Source: Candidatus Uhrbacteria bacterium RIFOXYB12_FULL_58_10
Lineage (GTDB): Bacteria; Patescibacteriota; Patescibacteriia; UBA9934; GWF2-40-263
DNA length: 41,303 bases
Direction: 5' to 3'
Assembly (NCBI GenBank): GCA_943354165.1
Contig: CALRBH010000007.1
Location: forward strand, 1 to 41,303
Positions 1-8,668 of the stretch are shown piece after piece (the stretch's first letter is position 1; the number at the start of each line of letters is the position of its first letter). Below the pieces are notes generated by a model, which did no database searches, had not been told where the DNA came from, and worked only from the letters and a program-made list of their open reading frames with translations. Made by a program: the position numbers and the translations under genes.

Positions 1-1672
1 TCAGACCGTCAAAGGTTTGGAAGAGAAGGCGAGCAAGGCCGGCATGGAAGTTTGTGTCCGCCTCGTGGTTTCCGGGAAAGACGCCCATGCCGCGGAGACG
101 ACGCTCTCAAGCATGATGGCGGCCTTCGCGCAGTTCAATATCTACGAATACGGCAACAGCTTCGTGAAAGCCGTTCCGCGATCGAAGAACGGTTTGGTGC
201 AAGGCTTCATTCGCCGGACGTTCGATGAAGGGCATCGCCTGATCCTGAATGCGGAAGAGATGGCCACGGTTTGGCATCTTCCCACCCCATGGACGGAAAC
301 GCCGAACATCCATTGGCTTGGCGCGCGCAAGGCTCCGGCTCCGGCAAACGTCCCAAACTCTGCGGACGGTCAGGTCGAGCTTGGCTTCAATGAGTATCGT
401 GGCGTAAAGACGCCGGTCTGGATCAAACAGGCAGACCGCCAGCGCCACATGTACATCATGGGCAAGTCCGGATCCGGTAAGTCCGAACTCATTGGGAAGC
501 TCGCGATCCAGGATATTGTCGCCGGCCGAGGTGTGGCCGTCGTTGATCCTCACGGCGACCTCATCGACAGGATCCTGGCGAACATTCCGCGCGAGCGCGT
601 GGACGACGTCATTTATTTCTGCCCAGCCGACACGGACCGTCCGATGGGACTCAATATGCTCGAGTCCAAGGACCCGGCCATGAGGGATTTCGCCGTGCAG
701 GAAATGATTTCCATTTTCTACAAGCTGTTCCCGCCAGAAATGATCGGCCCGATGTTCGAGCACAACATGCGCAACTTCATGTTGACCCTCATGTCAGACA
801 CGGAGAACCCGGGCACCATCGCCGAGGTGCCGCGCATGATCACGGATGACGCCTTCCAGAAGCAATGGCTCGCGAAGGTGACGGATCCCGTCGTTCGATC
901 GTTCTGGGAGAACGAAATTGCGAAGACGAGCGATTTCCACAAGTCCGAAATGTTCGGCTACCTCACCTCCAAGGTGGGCCGCTTCGTGGAAAACGAAATG
1001 ATGCGCAACATCATCGGCCAGGCCAAGTCGAGCTTCGACTTCCGTGAGGTGATGGACCAGCAGAAGATTCTGCTCGTGAACCTGTCGAAGGGGCGCACCG
1101 GCGACGTGAACGCGGAGCTCCTCGGTCTCATCATCGTCTCGAAGCTCCAGATGGCCGCGCTCGGCCGTGCCAACATGCCGGAAGCGGATCGAAAGGACTT
1201 CTACCTCTACATCGACGAGTTCCAGAACTTCATCACGGACTCCATCGCCACCATTCTTTCTGAGGCGCGTAAGTATCGTCTGGACCTGATCATCGCCCAC
1301 CAGTACACCAGCCAGCTGGTCAAGAACAATGACACGAAGATCCGGGACGCCGTGTTCGGGAACGTCGGAACCATGATGGTCGCCCGTATCGGTCCGGAAG
1401 ACGTAGAAACCTTCGAAAAGATTTATTCCCCGTACTTCGCCGGATACGACCTCCAGAACAGCGACAAGTTCACCTGGTTTACGAAGATGATCGTGGATAA
1501 CGCGTCAACCAAGCCGTTCACCATGGGCTTCAATCCGCCGCCAAAAGGCGACGTCGAGATCGCCGAGGCTATCAAGGAATTGTCCCGCTTGAAATACGGC
1601 CGTGATAAGGCGATAGTGGAGGCAGAGATCCAGGAGAGAACGACGATTAATGTTGCTCCGGCGGTGGAATAA
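1..1672 (+). CDS. VirD4/TraG-like (HerA/FtsK superfamily) coupling ATPase, 5' truncated by window
   Basis: Walker A HMYIMGKSGSGKS, VVDPHGDL, Walker B LYIDEFQ, SEARKYRL and AHQY motifs; frame open to the window edge. Confidence 0.85.
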   Translation, partial: QTVKGLEEKASKAGMEVCVRLVVSGKDAHAAETTLSSMMAAFAQFNIYEYGNSFVKAVPRSKNGLVQGFIRRTFDEGHRLILNAEEMATVWHLPTPWTETPNIHWLGARKAPAPANVPNSADGQVELGFNEYRGVKTPVWIKQADRQRHMYIMGKSGSGKSELIGKLAIQDIVAGRGVAVVDPHGDLIDRILANIPRERVDDVIYFCPADTDRPMGLNMLESKDPAMRDFAVQEMISIFYKLFPPEMIGPMFEHNMRNFMLTLMSDTENPGTIAEVPRMITDDAFQKQWLAKVTDPVVRSFWENEIAKTSDFHKSEMFGYLTSKVGRFVENEMMRNIIGQAKSSFDFREVMDQQKILLVNLSKGRTGDVNAELLGLIIVSKLQMAALGRANMPEADRKDFYLYIDEFQNFITDSIATILSEARKYRLDLIIAHQYTSQLVKNNDTKIRDAVFGNVGTMMVARIGPEDVETFEKIYSPYFAGYDLQNSDKFTWFTKMIVDNASTKPFTMGFNPPPKGDVEIAEAIKELSRLKYGRDKAIVEAEIQERTTINVAPAVE

Positions 1673-1709
1673 GGGCGGTAATGGCTGTAAGGGCGGTTAG
1701 GGCGGTAAG
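1670..1709 (+). repeat. 9-bp tandem repeat (TAAGGGCGG-like, about 4 units)
   Basis: taagggcgg taatggctg taagggcgg ttagggcgg taag. Confidence 0.75.
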
Positions 1710-1730
1710 TGGGAGAAAAACAAAACAAAT

Positions 1731-2324
1731 ATGAAAGACGATGAGATCGTTTTTGAACCTGAACAGGATGGGGAAGGGGAGGTGCGGACGTCTGAGGAAA
1801 CGAAGCGGGAGATTGCGCTTCGTTTGCTTAGGCAGGTTCAGGAGGGTGTATCGAACGCTATTCGATTGCTTGAAGGAGGCGAATCTAGTTCACGTGCGGC
1901 GCTGGAGCTCATGCGGATCAATAAGGATGCGCGTGAAGTCACTGCGGAGGAAGGGCGCACTGTCCAGGGGATTTTCGACGGCAGCACGCTTGTTGGGAAC
2001 GATGGGCGCTCGTACCCCGTGCCGCCCAACTATGCGTCGAAGTCCCGTCTCGTGGAAGGCGATGTCATGAAACTGACCGTCCGCGAGGACGGAAGCTTTG
2101 TGTTCAAGCAAATCGGCCCGGTTGAGAGAAAACGGCTGGTCGGAAAACTCGCTACGGATGCATCCACAGGCGACCCTCTTGTCCTCGTCGGCACAACCCC
2201 GTACAAAGTCCTTAACGCCAGCGTAAGCTTCTTCCGCGCCTCGCCCGGAGATGAGGCGGTGATCTTGGTTCCGAAAGGCGCCAAGGCTGTATGGGCCGCC
2301 CTCGAAAATATCTTGAAATCATGA
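1731..2324 (+). CDS. Conserved hypothetical protein, translationally coupled to dnaX
   Basis: 197-aa ORF; GIFDG...YPVPPNYASKSRLVEGD motif I recognise from CPR hypotheticals; ATGA overlap with dnaX. Confidence 0.75.
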   Translation: MKDDEIVFEPEQDGEGEVRTSEETKREIALRLLRQVQEGVSNAIRLLEGGESSSRAALELMRINKDAREVTAEEGRTVQGIFDGSTLVGNDGRSYPVPPNYASKSRLVEGDVMKLTVREDGSFVFKQIGPVERKRLVGKLATDASTGDPLVLVGTTPYKVLNASVSFFRASPGDEAVILVPKGAKAVWAALENILKS

Positions 2325-3937
2325 GTCTCGCTTTGTATCGAAAATACCGCCCGGCCCGATTCGAGGACGTGGCTGGCCAAGAAACCGTCGTTCGAACGGT
2401 GCGCAACCAGCTTGCTTCTGGTTCGCTAGCGCATGCGTACCTGTTTACCGGCCCGCGCGGAGTAGGGAAGACCACCATCGCGCGCATCCTTGCGAAGGCG
2501 GCGAACTGTTTAGAGTTGAAAGATGGGGAGCCTTGCGACACGTGTACAGCTTGCGTGTCGATCCAGAACGGTTCCGCCCTCGATATCATCGAGATCGATG
2601 CGGCTTCGAACACGCAGGTCGAAAAGGTTCGCGACGTCATCGTGGACGGTGTGCGCTTCGCCCCGAGTGCGCTCAAACGCAAGGTGTATATCATCGACGA
2701 AGTGCATATGCTTTCGACGGGCTCGTTCAACGCCTTGTTGAAGACTCTCGAAGAACCGCCAGCTCATGCCTTGTTTATCCTCGCAACAACCGAGATCCAC
2801 AAAGTTCCCGCCACGGTCATTTCCCGTTGCCAGCGATTCGATTTCCGGAAGATTCCCGCACAGGTCATCGTCGACACACTGAAGTCGATTGCGAAGAAAG
2901 AGGGGATCGAAGTCGAAGATCAAGTCTTCTCCGAAGTCGCCAGACACGCCGATGGCGGGCTTCGTGATGCGGAAAGCGTCTTCGGCCAGCTCCTCGCCCT
3001 CGGGGAGAGAAAAGTGACGATGCGCGAAGCCATGCTCGTTTTACCCGCGTCGTCTGCCGAACGCACGTTCGAAATCCTCGCCGCGCTCGCACGGAAGGAC
3101 GCGGCAGGCGCGATTCAGGCACTGAACGTTTCTGTCGAGGAAGGCATCGACATGCCGCACTTGTGCGACGACCTCATCGACACCCTCCGCGCCGCGCTCC
3201 TCGTCTCCATCGGGTCGCCCGCCTCCGCCAGGGACCCTTCGGCAAGCTCAGGGCTCGGCCAGTTCGACGACACCGCGCGCGCCGCCATCGCGCAAGCGGC
3301 AGCCCAGCTAGGCACCGCGCGCGCCGCAGACGCCGTCCGCCGCCTGAGCGACGCCAAGCGCCACATGAAATCCGATTCCATCCCGCAGCTCTCGTTAGAG
3401 ATTGCGTTTGTTGAGCTGTGTTCGCGTGAGGACGCGAAAGGTTTGGAAGGTTTGGGAAGTTCGGGAAGTTTGGGAGGTTCGAAAAAACCCGAACTTTCAA
3501 CTGCCTCAGTTATCCAACCCGTCGAAACAGTTCCTTCCCAACCTTCCGAACCTCCCAAACCTCCCCAACCCACGAGCGTTGTGCCCATCGCACCCATCGC
3601 TACCGCCTTCGGCGGTGCCGTGCCCGTCATAAGTCTCGACGACGTAAAGAGCCGCTGGCCAGAGGTGTTCGCCACGCTCAAGTCCGTGAACGCCTCGCTC
3701 CCCATCGTTATTAATGCCGGCGAAATTTCCCGCATCGACGGCGACCGTATCGAGATGAACTTTACGTATGCGATGCATGCGGACATGGTGAACGCGGACC
3801 GGAACCGCAAGCTCCTTGAACCGGTTCTTGAGCGCATCTATGGGAAGAAGATGTATGTGATCGGTACCCATGCGCACAAGGAATCGGATGAGACGGTAAA
3901 CCTGCTCGTCCAGGAGTTCGGGGGGAGTGCCGCCTAA
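2321..3937 (+). CDS. dnaX: DNA polymerase III subunit gamma/tau
   Basis: LYRKYRP, GPRGVGKT, Zn-binding Cys cluster, EIDAAS, IIDEVHML, SRC; start placed at ATG 2321. Confidence 0.97.
   Translation: MSLALYRKYRPARFEDVAGQETVVRTVRNQLASGSLAHAYLFTGPRGVGKTTIARILAKAANCLELKDGEPCDTCTACVSIQNGSALDIIEIDAASNTQVEKVRDVIVDGVRFAPSALKRKVYIIDEVHMLSTGSFNALLKTLEEPPAHALFILATTEIHKVPATVISRCQRFDFRKIPAQVIVDTLKSIAKKEGIEVEDQVFSEVARHADGGLRDAESVFGQLLALGERKVTMREAMLVLPASSAERTFEILAALARKDAAGAIQALNVSVEEGIDMPHLCDDLIDTLRAALLVSIGSPASARDPSASSGLGQFDDTARAAIAQAAAQLGTARAADAVRRLSDAKRHMKSDSIPQLSLEIAFVELCSREDAKGLEGLGSSGSLGGSKKPELSTASVIQPVETVPSQPSEPPKPPQPTSVVPIAPIATAFGGAVPVISLDDVKSRWPEVFATLKSVNASLPIVINAGEISRIDGDRIEMNFTYAMHADMVNADRNRKLLEPVLERIYGKKMYVIGTHAHKESDETVNLLVQEFGGSAA
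3235..3253 (+). repeat. REP-like palindrome family A (CCCTTCGGCAAGCTCAGGG) inside dnaX
   Basis: Matches the 5514-5532 copy and the reverse-oriented 4426-4458 copy; encodes PSASSG. Confidence 0.7.
3439..3571. repeat. Inverted pair of 9-mer tandem arrays in the dnaX linker
   Basis: (AGGTTTGGR-like)x5 at 3439-3483 and (YCCRAACCT-like)x4 at 3536-3571. Confidence 0.8.
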
Positions 3938-3966
3938 AAAAAAGAGTGACACCCAGTGAGGGTGTC
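3936..3966 (-). terminator. Intrinsic terminator for the small minus-strand ORF
   Basis: GACACCC-agtga-GGGTGTC hairpin with an A8 tract on its left (U-tract on minus strand). Confidence 0.6.
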
Positions 3967-3983
3967 GAAGGCGGTTGCCTGGG

Positions 3984-4199
3984 TCAGCTTTTGGGACGTT
4001 TCCCAAGCTGATTCAATAGGGCTTTTGCGATCTGTTCGGACCGCGGCACGTTGATTGACTGTGCCTTCCGGCGCGATTCCCTAATACTCTCATTGGAAGC
4101 CTCGAAGGACTTCACGCAGGAATCACAGACACCGCATCGTTCTCGTTTCATTCCGTCTGTTGGGGGAGGGCAAAAGGAGCAATCCTGCTTCATGTCCAC
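3984..4199 (-). CDS. Small Cys-rich hypothetical protein (CxxC...CxxCxxC)
   Basis: 71 aa; GGAG 8 nt upstream of GTG; promoter TTGAAG-N17-TATCAT (4253-4225); terminator downstream. Confidence 0.6.
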   Translation of the reverse strand: MDMKQDCSFCPPPTDGMKRERCGVCDSCVKSFEASNESIRESRRKAQSINVPRSEQIAKALLNQLGKRPKS

Positions 4200-4278
4200 G
4201 TCTCAATCTCCATGAGGAACCGAAATGATATATGAACTGGAGCGAACCTTCAAGGGTCTTTGACGGCGGTTCAAGGCG

Positions 4279-4307
4279 TTGACGATGTAACGAGAATCGC
4301 CTATTAT
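4279..4307 (+). promoter_or_regulatory. Sigma70-type promoter of tRNA-Gln
   Basis: TTGACG-N17-TATTAT, 11 nt before the tRNA. Confidence 0.75.
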
Positions 4308-4318
4308 CCCCGTCGTAT

Positions 4319-4392
4319 TCCGAGATCGTCTAACGGCAGGACAGAGGACTCTGAATCCTCTAATCATGGTTCGAATCCATGTCTCGGAACCA
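4319..4392 (+). tRNA. tRNA-Gln(CTG)
   Basis: Acceptor TCCGAGA/TCTCGGA, anticodon arm GAGGA-ctCTGaa-TCCTC, GGTTCGAATCC T-arm, encoded CCA. Confidence 0.96.
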
Positions 4393-4425
4393 AAAACATA
4401 CCACCCGACCGGGTGGTATGTTTTT
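4392..4425 (+). terminator. tRNA terminator, bidirectional-type
   Basis: Perfect IR AAAAACATACCACCCG/CGGGTGGTATGTTTTT. Confidence 0.85.
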
Positions 4426-4458
4426 GCCCTGAGCGAGGCCACAGCCGAGTCGAAGGGC
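4426..4458 (+). repeat. REP-like palindrome family A, expanded form
   Basis: GCCCTGAGCGAG-gccacagc-CGAGTCGAAGGGC; same ends as the 5494-5557 element. Confidence 0.65.
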
Positions 4459-4516
4459 TTCGAATCGCTGGGGATATTTTAGCTTGACCATGAAAGTACG
4501 CCAGAGTAATATTATA

Positions 4517-4603
4517 GGGCTGTGATGGACGCGGGATCTCCGTCCCGTTCCACTCCGGCTCTTCTGAAAACACCTGGTCGTGGGGGCCGGGTGTTTTCGT
4601 TTT
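4517..4603 (+). ncRNA. Candidate small RNA (hairpin + terminator) with its own promoter
   Basis: TTGACC-N17-TAATAT at 4484-4512; imperfect hairpin 4517-4561; 14-bp terminator stem with G-U pairs valid only on + strand, followed by GTTTT. Confidence 0.45.
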
Positions 4604-4607
4604 GGGC

Positions 4608-5696
4608 CTATTCGGCGTACTGCGCGTTGAGTTTTTCAGCCACCCCGAGAAACGCTTCGAGGGACGCCATGTCGCTCACCTTGTTCATTTCTCCGCGGAG
4701 TTCCTTTGCCCCATGTTGGCCCTTGAAGTACCAGGTGAGATGCTTGCGGAAACTCACGAGTCCATCCTCGCCATACTGCTGCAGATGGAGTTTCGCATGC
4801 TCACGAATGGTGCGAAGCCGTTCCTCGAGCGTCACTTCGCGCATAGGTCGACCATTAAGGAGATCGTCGGTTTGGGCGAAGATCCATGGATTGCCAAGCG
4901 CACCGCGCGCGACGAGTACGCCATCGCACCCAGTCGCCGTCAGACAGTCGACGACTTTCTGTGCCGTATGTGCATCGCCGTTTGCGAGGACGGGGATCGA
5001 AACACGCTTTTTCATCTCGGCGATCATCTCCCAGTTCGAAGAACCACTGTATCCCTGCAATTTCGTGCGGCCGTGCACCGTAATGAGCTCGGCACCAGCT
5101 TCCTCAAGCTTCGGGGCAAACTCAAGACATTCACGCGGATCGCTCCAGCCTGTGCGGATCTTTACGGAGACAGGAACGTTTGGAACCGCTGCCTTGATCG
5201 CCCGGATGATCGCTTGGGCCCGCGGCGCGTCTTTCATGAGGGCGGCGCCATTAAAGTTATGGACGATCTTATAGACGGGGCAGCCCATGTTGATGTCGAA
5301 GGCCTCGGGCTTGTGCTGCTCGTAAATGATGCGCGCCGCTTCGCCCATTGTCTCCGGTTCGCTTCCGAAGAGCTGCTGCACAAGCGGGCGCTCCGCTGGA
5401 TGGATGTCGGTCATCCCAAGCGTCTTTTCGCTTCCGCGGGTTACGGCTTCCGAGGAAACCATCTCCCGAAATACGACCGTTCGATCCGTTATTCCCTGAG
5501 CGGAGCCACCGTGGCCTTCGACAAGCTCAGGCAATAAGGGTGGCGGAGTCGAAGGGCTTGGGATGGCTATGACAGGTCCCAGTCCCCATCGCTCATTTAC
5601 GATTCGTACGGATTGACAAAACGCCGAATCGGTCATGTCGGCCATCGGAGAAAGCGCCACAATCGGGCGGGGAAGGTTTTTCCAGGAGAAGCCCAT
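4608..5696 (-). CDS. dusB: tRNA-dihydrouridine synthase (DusB-like) with N-terminal insertion
   Basis: LSPMADMTD, EMVSS, QLFGS, DINMGCP, SVKIRTGW, TVHGRT, ANGD, ARGALGNPWIF. Confidence 0.92.
   Translation of the reverse strand: MGFSWKNLPRPIVALSPMADMTDSAFCQSVRIVNERWGLGPVIAIPSPSTPPPLLPELVEGHGGSAQGITDRTVVFREMVSSEAVTRGSEKTLGMTDIHPAERPLVQQLFGSEPETMGEAARIIYEQHKPEAFDINMGCPVYKIVHNFNGAALMKDAPRAQAIIRAIKAAVPNVPVSVKIRTGWSDPRECLEFAPKLEEAGAELITVHGRTKLQGYSGSSNWEMIAEMKKRVSIPVLANGDAHTAQKVVDCLTATGCDGVLVARGALGNPWIFAQTDDLLNGRPMREVTLEERLRTIREHAKLHLQQYGEDGLVSFRKHLTWYFKGQHGAKELRGEMNKVSDMASLEAFLGVAEKLNAQYAE
5494..5557. repeat. Nested REP-like family A elements inserted in-frame in dusB
   Basis: Outer CCCTGAGCGGAG-CCACC...GGTGG-CGGAGTCGAAGGGC contains inner GCCTTCGACAAGCTCAGGC in opposite orientation. 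Confidence 0.7.
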
Positions 5697-5760
5697 GTTG
5701 TTTTTATTCGAAACGATCGTATACTAGTCTCATTCAACGAATATTTCAAGCATTTCCCTT

Positions 5761-6156
5761 ATGAAATCTATATCGTCTTCCACGGCCCTTATCGCAGGCG
5801 CGTTACTTGTTGTGGTCGGACTTCTTGGTTATGCGGTATTCCACACAGCTGCACCTTCCGTAAACGACGGTTTTGCGCAATGTCTGACAGAGAAGGGCGT
5901 GAAGTTTTATGGCGCATGGTGGTGCCCTCATTGCACGGCGCAGAAAAAACTCTTCGGCACCGCATTTTCGAAGCTTACCTCCATCGAGTGTTCGCCAAAC
6001 AACACCAAGTCCATGTCCGTTCAGTGTAAGAACGATGGGATCGAAAGCTTCCCGACCTGGGTGTTCTCCGACGGAACCAAATTAGCCGGCGAACAGTCAT
6101 TTAACAAGCTCGCCGAGAAGACAAAATGTGAGCTTCCTAAACAAGAGGGAGTATGA
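5761..6156 (+). CDS. Membrane-anchored thioredoxin/glutaredoxin-like protein (VKOR partner)
   Basis: N-terminal TM, FYGAWWCPHC, cis-Pro-type SFPTW. Confidence 0.85.
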   Translation: MKSISSSTALIAGALLVVVGLLGYAVFHTAAPSVNDGFAQCLTEKGVKFYGAWWCPHCTAQKKLFGTAFSKLTSIECSPNNTKSMSVQCKNDGIESFPTWVFSDGTKLAGEQSFNKLAEKTKCELPKQEGV

Positions 6157-6608
6157 TCGTCACTGACAGAAAACTTTTGATGGGGATCAAGGTCCTTGCC
6201 TTGATCGGCGCAGGGATCGCCGTGTATTCGCTCGCGCATAAAAGCGGATTCGCGTCCGGGTCGTTCTGCACGATCGGCACCACGTTCAATTGTGATATCG
6301 TGAACAAAGGTCCTTACTCGGAGCTCTACGGAATCCCCGTGGCTCTGATCGGTATTCTCGGGTACGGCTTCCTTGCCATGACCGCCTTCCTGAAACTCCG
6401 TTCGCCCGCTGATAAGACTCTTACAAAACTCTTGGGTCTTGGCACGATTGGTGGCCTCGGATTCAGCCTATACCTTACAAGCATCGAAGCGTTCGTCCTG
6501 CAGACCTGGTGCCTGCTGTGTCTTACGTCCCAAGCCATCATTCTCACCATCCTTGTCCTAACCATCATCTATGCAATTCGTGAACGTCGATCGGGAAGCG
6601 CTGTTTGA
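6153..6608 (+). CDS. Vitamin K epoxide reductase (VKOR) family disulfide-formation protein
   Basis: Loop Cys pair C-x7-C, PYSELYGIPVALIG, active site WCLLC. Confidence 0.88.
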   Translation: MIVTDRKLLMGIKVLALIGAGIAVYSLAHKSGFASGSFCTIGTTFNCDIVNKGPYSELYGIPVALIGILGYGFLAMTAFLKLRSPADKTLTKLLGLGTIGGLGFSLYLTSIEAFVLQTWCLLCLTSQAIILTILVLTIIYAIRERRSGSAV

Positions 6609-6801
6609 AGAAATCGTTGAGAAAGGCCGCGAAGAGGGGATCACGGACGAAGCCGCCTACCGCGATCTTGTCGATGACATCGTCGAGACTCATCGTCGTG
6701 TAGGCGAAATGCACGATGATAGTAATACAGACGGCTTGTCCGAAAACATGGTCGCGCGGTTTGCGGAATACCTTGAACGCATGGGCGAAGCCAAGCTATG
6801 A
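6571..6801 (+). CDS. Small acidic hypothetical protein
   Basis: 76 aa; fills the gap and has an ATGA overlap with the next gene. Confidence 0.6.
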   Translation: MQFVNVDREALFEEIVEKGREEGITDEAAYRDLVDDIVETHRRVGEMHDDSNTDGLSENMVARFAEYLERMGEAKL

Positions 6802-8162
6802 ACATTTCCTTCCATGGGGCGGCAAAAGAAGTAACGGGTTCTTGTTATCTCGTGGAAGCGAAGGATGCGGCGGGGAAGGCACACAAGCTGTTGATCGATT
6901 GCGGCATGTTCCAAGGCGAGCGCATGTGCGGAAGCAAAAATCTGCTTCCGTTTAAGTTTGGCGCGGGTCACATCGAAGCGGTGTTCGTCACACACCCACA
7001 CGCCGATCACACCGGGCGTTTGCCGAAGCTCATCAAGGACGGGTTCACGGGGAAAATCTACATGACGCCTCCATGCCGTGCGCTTACCCGGATCGTCCTC
7101 GAGGACGCATTTCACATCATGTCCGATAACGCCGAGGAATGCGGCGACCCGGTGCTGTACAGCAAGGAAGATCTCGATCTCCTCATCGCGCACACGGAAG
7201 GCGTCGGCTACCACGAGGAGGTGAAGCTCGCGGAAGGTCTCACCATCATGTTCCACGATGCTGGTCACGTGCTCGGTTCCGCCTACATTTCGATCATGGC
7301 GGAAGGGAAGACCGTGGTGTTCTCCGGCGACATTGGGAACGATAACGTCCCCATTCTTCCGCCAACGGAAGCCATCTCGCATGCCGACGTCATCGTCTGC
7401 GAATCCACCTACGGTCATCGTCGTCACGAGTCGCACACGGAACGCCGCACCAAGCTGAAGGAGGCTATCGAGCAGACGATCAGGGATAAGGGCGTGCTCA
7501 TGATTCCAGCTTTTTCAATCGAACGCACCCAGGAATTGCTCTACGAGATGAATGCGATCCTGAAGGACGTGCAGACGAACATTCCAATTTTTCTCGACAG
7601 CCCAATGGCGATTCGCGCGACCGAGATTTACCGCCAGTTCAAAAACTATCTTCTTTTCGACTCACCGATTCTTGCAGAAGGGGATCGTGATTTTTTCAGC
7701 TTCCCAAACCTCAAGGAGACGCTCCATCGCGATGAGTCCATGGTGATCAATAAGACGCACGCCCCGATGGTCATCATCGCTGGTTCAGGAATGATGTCAG
7801 GCGGGCGCATCATGCATCATCTCATCCGGTATTTGCCCGATCCACACAGCACACTTCTCATCATCGGCTACCAGGCCGTAGGGACGGTCGGGCGCAAATT
7901 GTACGAAGGCGCGCATAACGTGGAAATTTTCGGGAAGCACATTCCGGTGAAATGTCGTATTCGCGCCATCGGATCTTTTTCGGCACACGGCGACATGGAT
8001 AAGCTCACGCGCTGGCTCCACCCAGAAGATGGGAAGGTGCCTGCGAAGATCTTCGTGGTCCACGGCGATGAGGACGCCCAGACCGTGTTCGCAACACACC
8101 TGCGCCACGAGCTCCGTACCGAGGTGATCGTTCCGGAGTTTGAGAGCAGCCATGAGGTTTGA
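6798..8162 (+). CDS. MBL-fold beta-CASP ribonuclease
   Basis: GAAKEVTGSC, THPHADH, AGHVLGS, FSGDIG, ESTYG, AGSGMMSGGR, FSAHGD. Confidence 0.92.
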   Translation: MNISFHGAAKEVTGSCYLVEAKDAAGKAHKLLIDCGMFQGERMCGSKNLLPFKFGAGHIEAVFVTHPHADHTGRLPKLIKDGFTGKIYMTPPCRALTRIVLEDAFHIMSDNAEECGDPVLYSKEDLDLLIAHTEGVGYHEEVKLAEGLTIMFHDAGHVLGSAYISIMAEGKTVVFSGDIGNDNVPILPPTEAISHADVIVCESTYGHRRHESHTERRTKLKEAIEQTIRDKGVLMIPAFSIERTQELLYEMNAILKDVQTNIPIFLDSPMAIRATEIYRQFKNYLLFDSPILAEGDRDFFSFPNLKETLHRDESMVINKTHAPMVIIAGSGMMSGGRIMHHLIRYLPDPHSTLLIIGYQAVGTVGRKLYEGAHNVEIFGKHIPVKCRIRAIGSFSAHGDMDKLTRWLHPEDGKVPAKIFVVHGDEDAQTVFATHLRHELRTEVIVPEFESSHEV

Positions 8163-8191
8163 TTGACCCGCCGCCCCGTTTCCGATAGAGT
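8163..8191 (+). promoter_or_regulatory. Sigma70-type promoter
   Basis: TTGACC-N17-TAGAGT followed by strong SD AAGGAGGAGG. Confidence 0.6.
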
Positions 8192-8224
8192 CTTCAAGCT
8201 TCACAACCAAGGAGGAGGCACTCA

Positions 8225-8668
8225 ATGAACCAGCCAGTAGATCTTTCCATGTACAAGCGGCGTATCAAGCGTATACGGGCTATTCCGCAACCGCTTCGTA
8301 GAGTAAATCGTCTTGTGCGTCTCGCGACCAAGGCGGGCCTTCCGGAGGCCATCGACCTCATGCTTCTTGCCGTGGAAGAAGCGTCGAAGATCAACAACCT
8401 CCTGTTGCTTGAACCGGCGGTCGACGAGCTCGTGGACGGGTATACCGACCTCGGACTTTTCATGCAGGCGCTCGCCGTCACGACGAAGTCGGAGAACGCA
8501 GTTGTTCGTGCCGCCTGGTACGCGCTTATCCATGCCGCCGCAACGGTCATGGGTCACGAAGAGGGGATGGAGCGTTCCAAACAAGCACTTCAGAACGCTC
8601 GTCCGCAGCTCAATAAGCAGGAGCTCGCCGAGCTCGACCAGATGCTCTCGCTCCTTGCGGACGTCTGA
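8225..8668 (+). CDS. Orphan helical hypothetical protein
   Basis: 147 aa; strong SD, own promoter, terminator CCCCGTCA-tcc-TGATGGGG-cTTTTT at 8699-8723. Confidence 0.7.
   Translation: MNQPVDLSMYKRRIKRIRAIPQPLRRVNRLVRLATKAGLPEAIDLMLLAVEEASKINNLLLLEPAVDELVDGYTDLGLFMQALAVTTKSENAVVRAAWYALIHAAATVMGHEEGMERSKQALQNARPQLNKQELAELDQMLSLLADV

Noticed and set aside
1-1672. VirD4-like ATPase as evidence of a conjugative element
   Set aside because: No relaxase, VirB or integrase genes in the window, and it is embedded among housekeeping genes
3472-3490. GGGAGG followed by an A6 run in the dnaX linker, suggesting a gamma/tau frameshift site
   Set aside because: In frame it reads G AAA AAA, not a canonical X XXY YYZ heptamer; the SD-like sequence is part of the 9-mer repeat; no stop follows closely in either shifted frame
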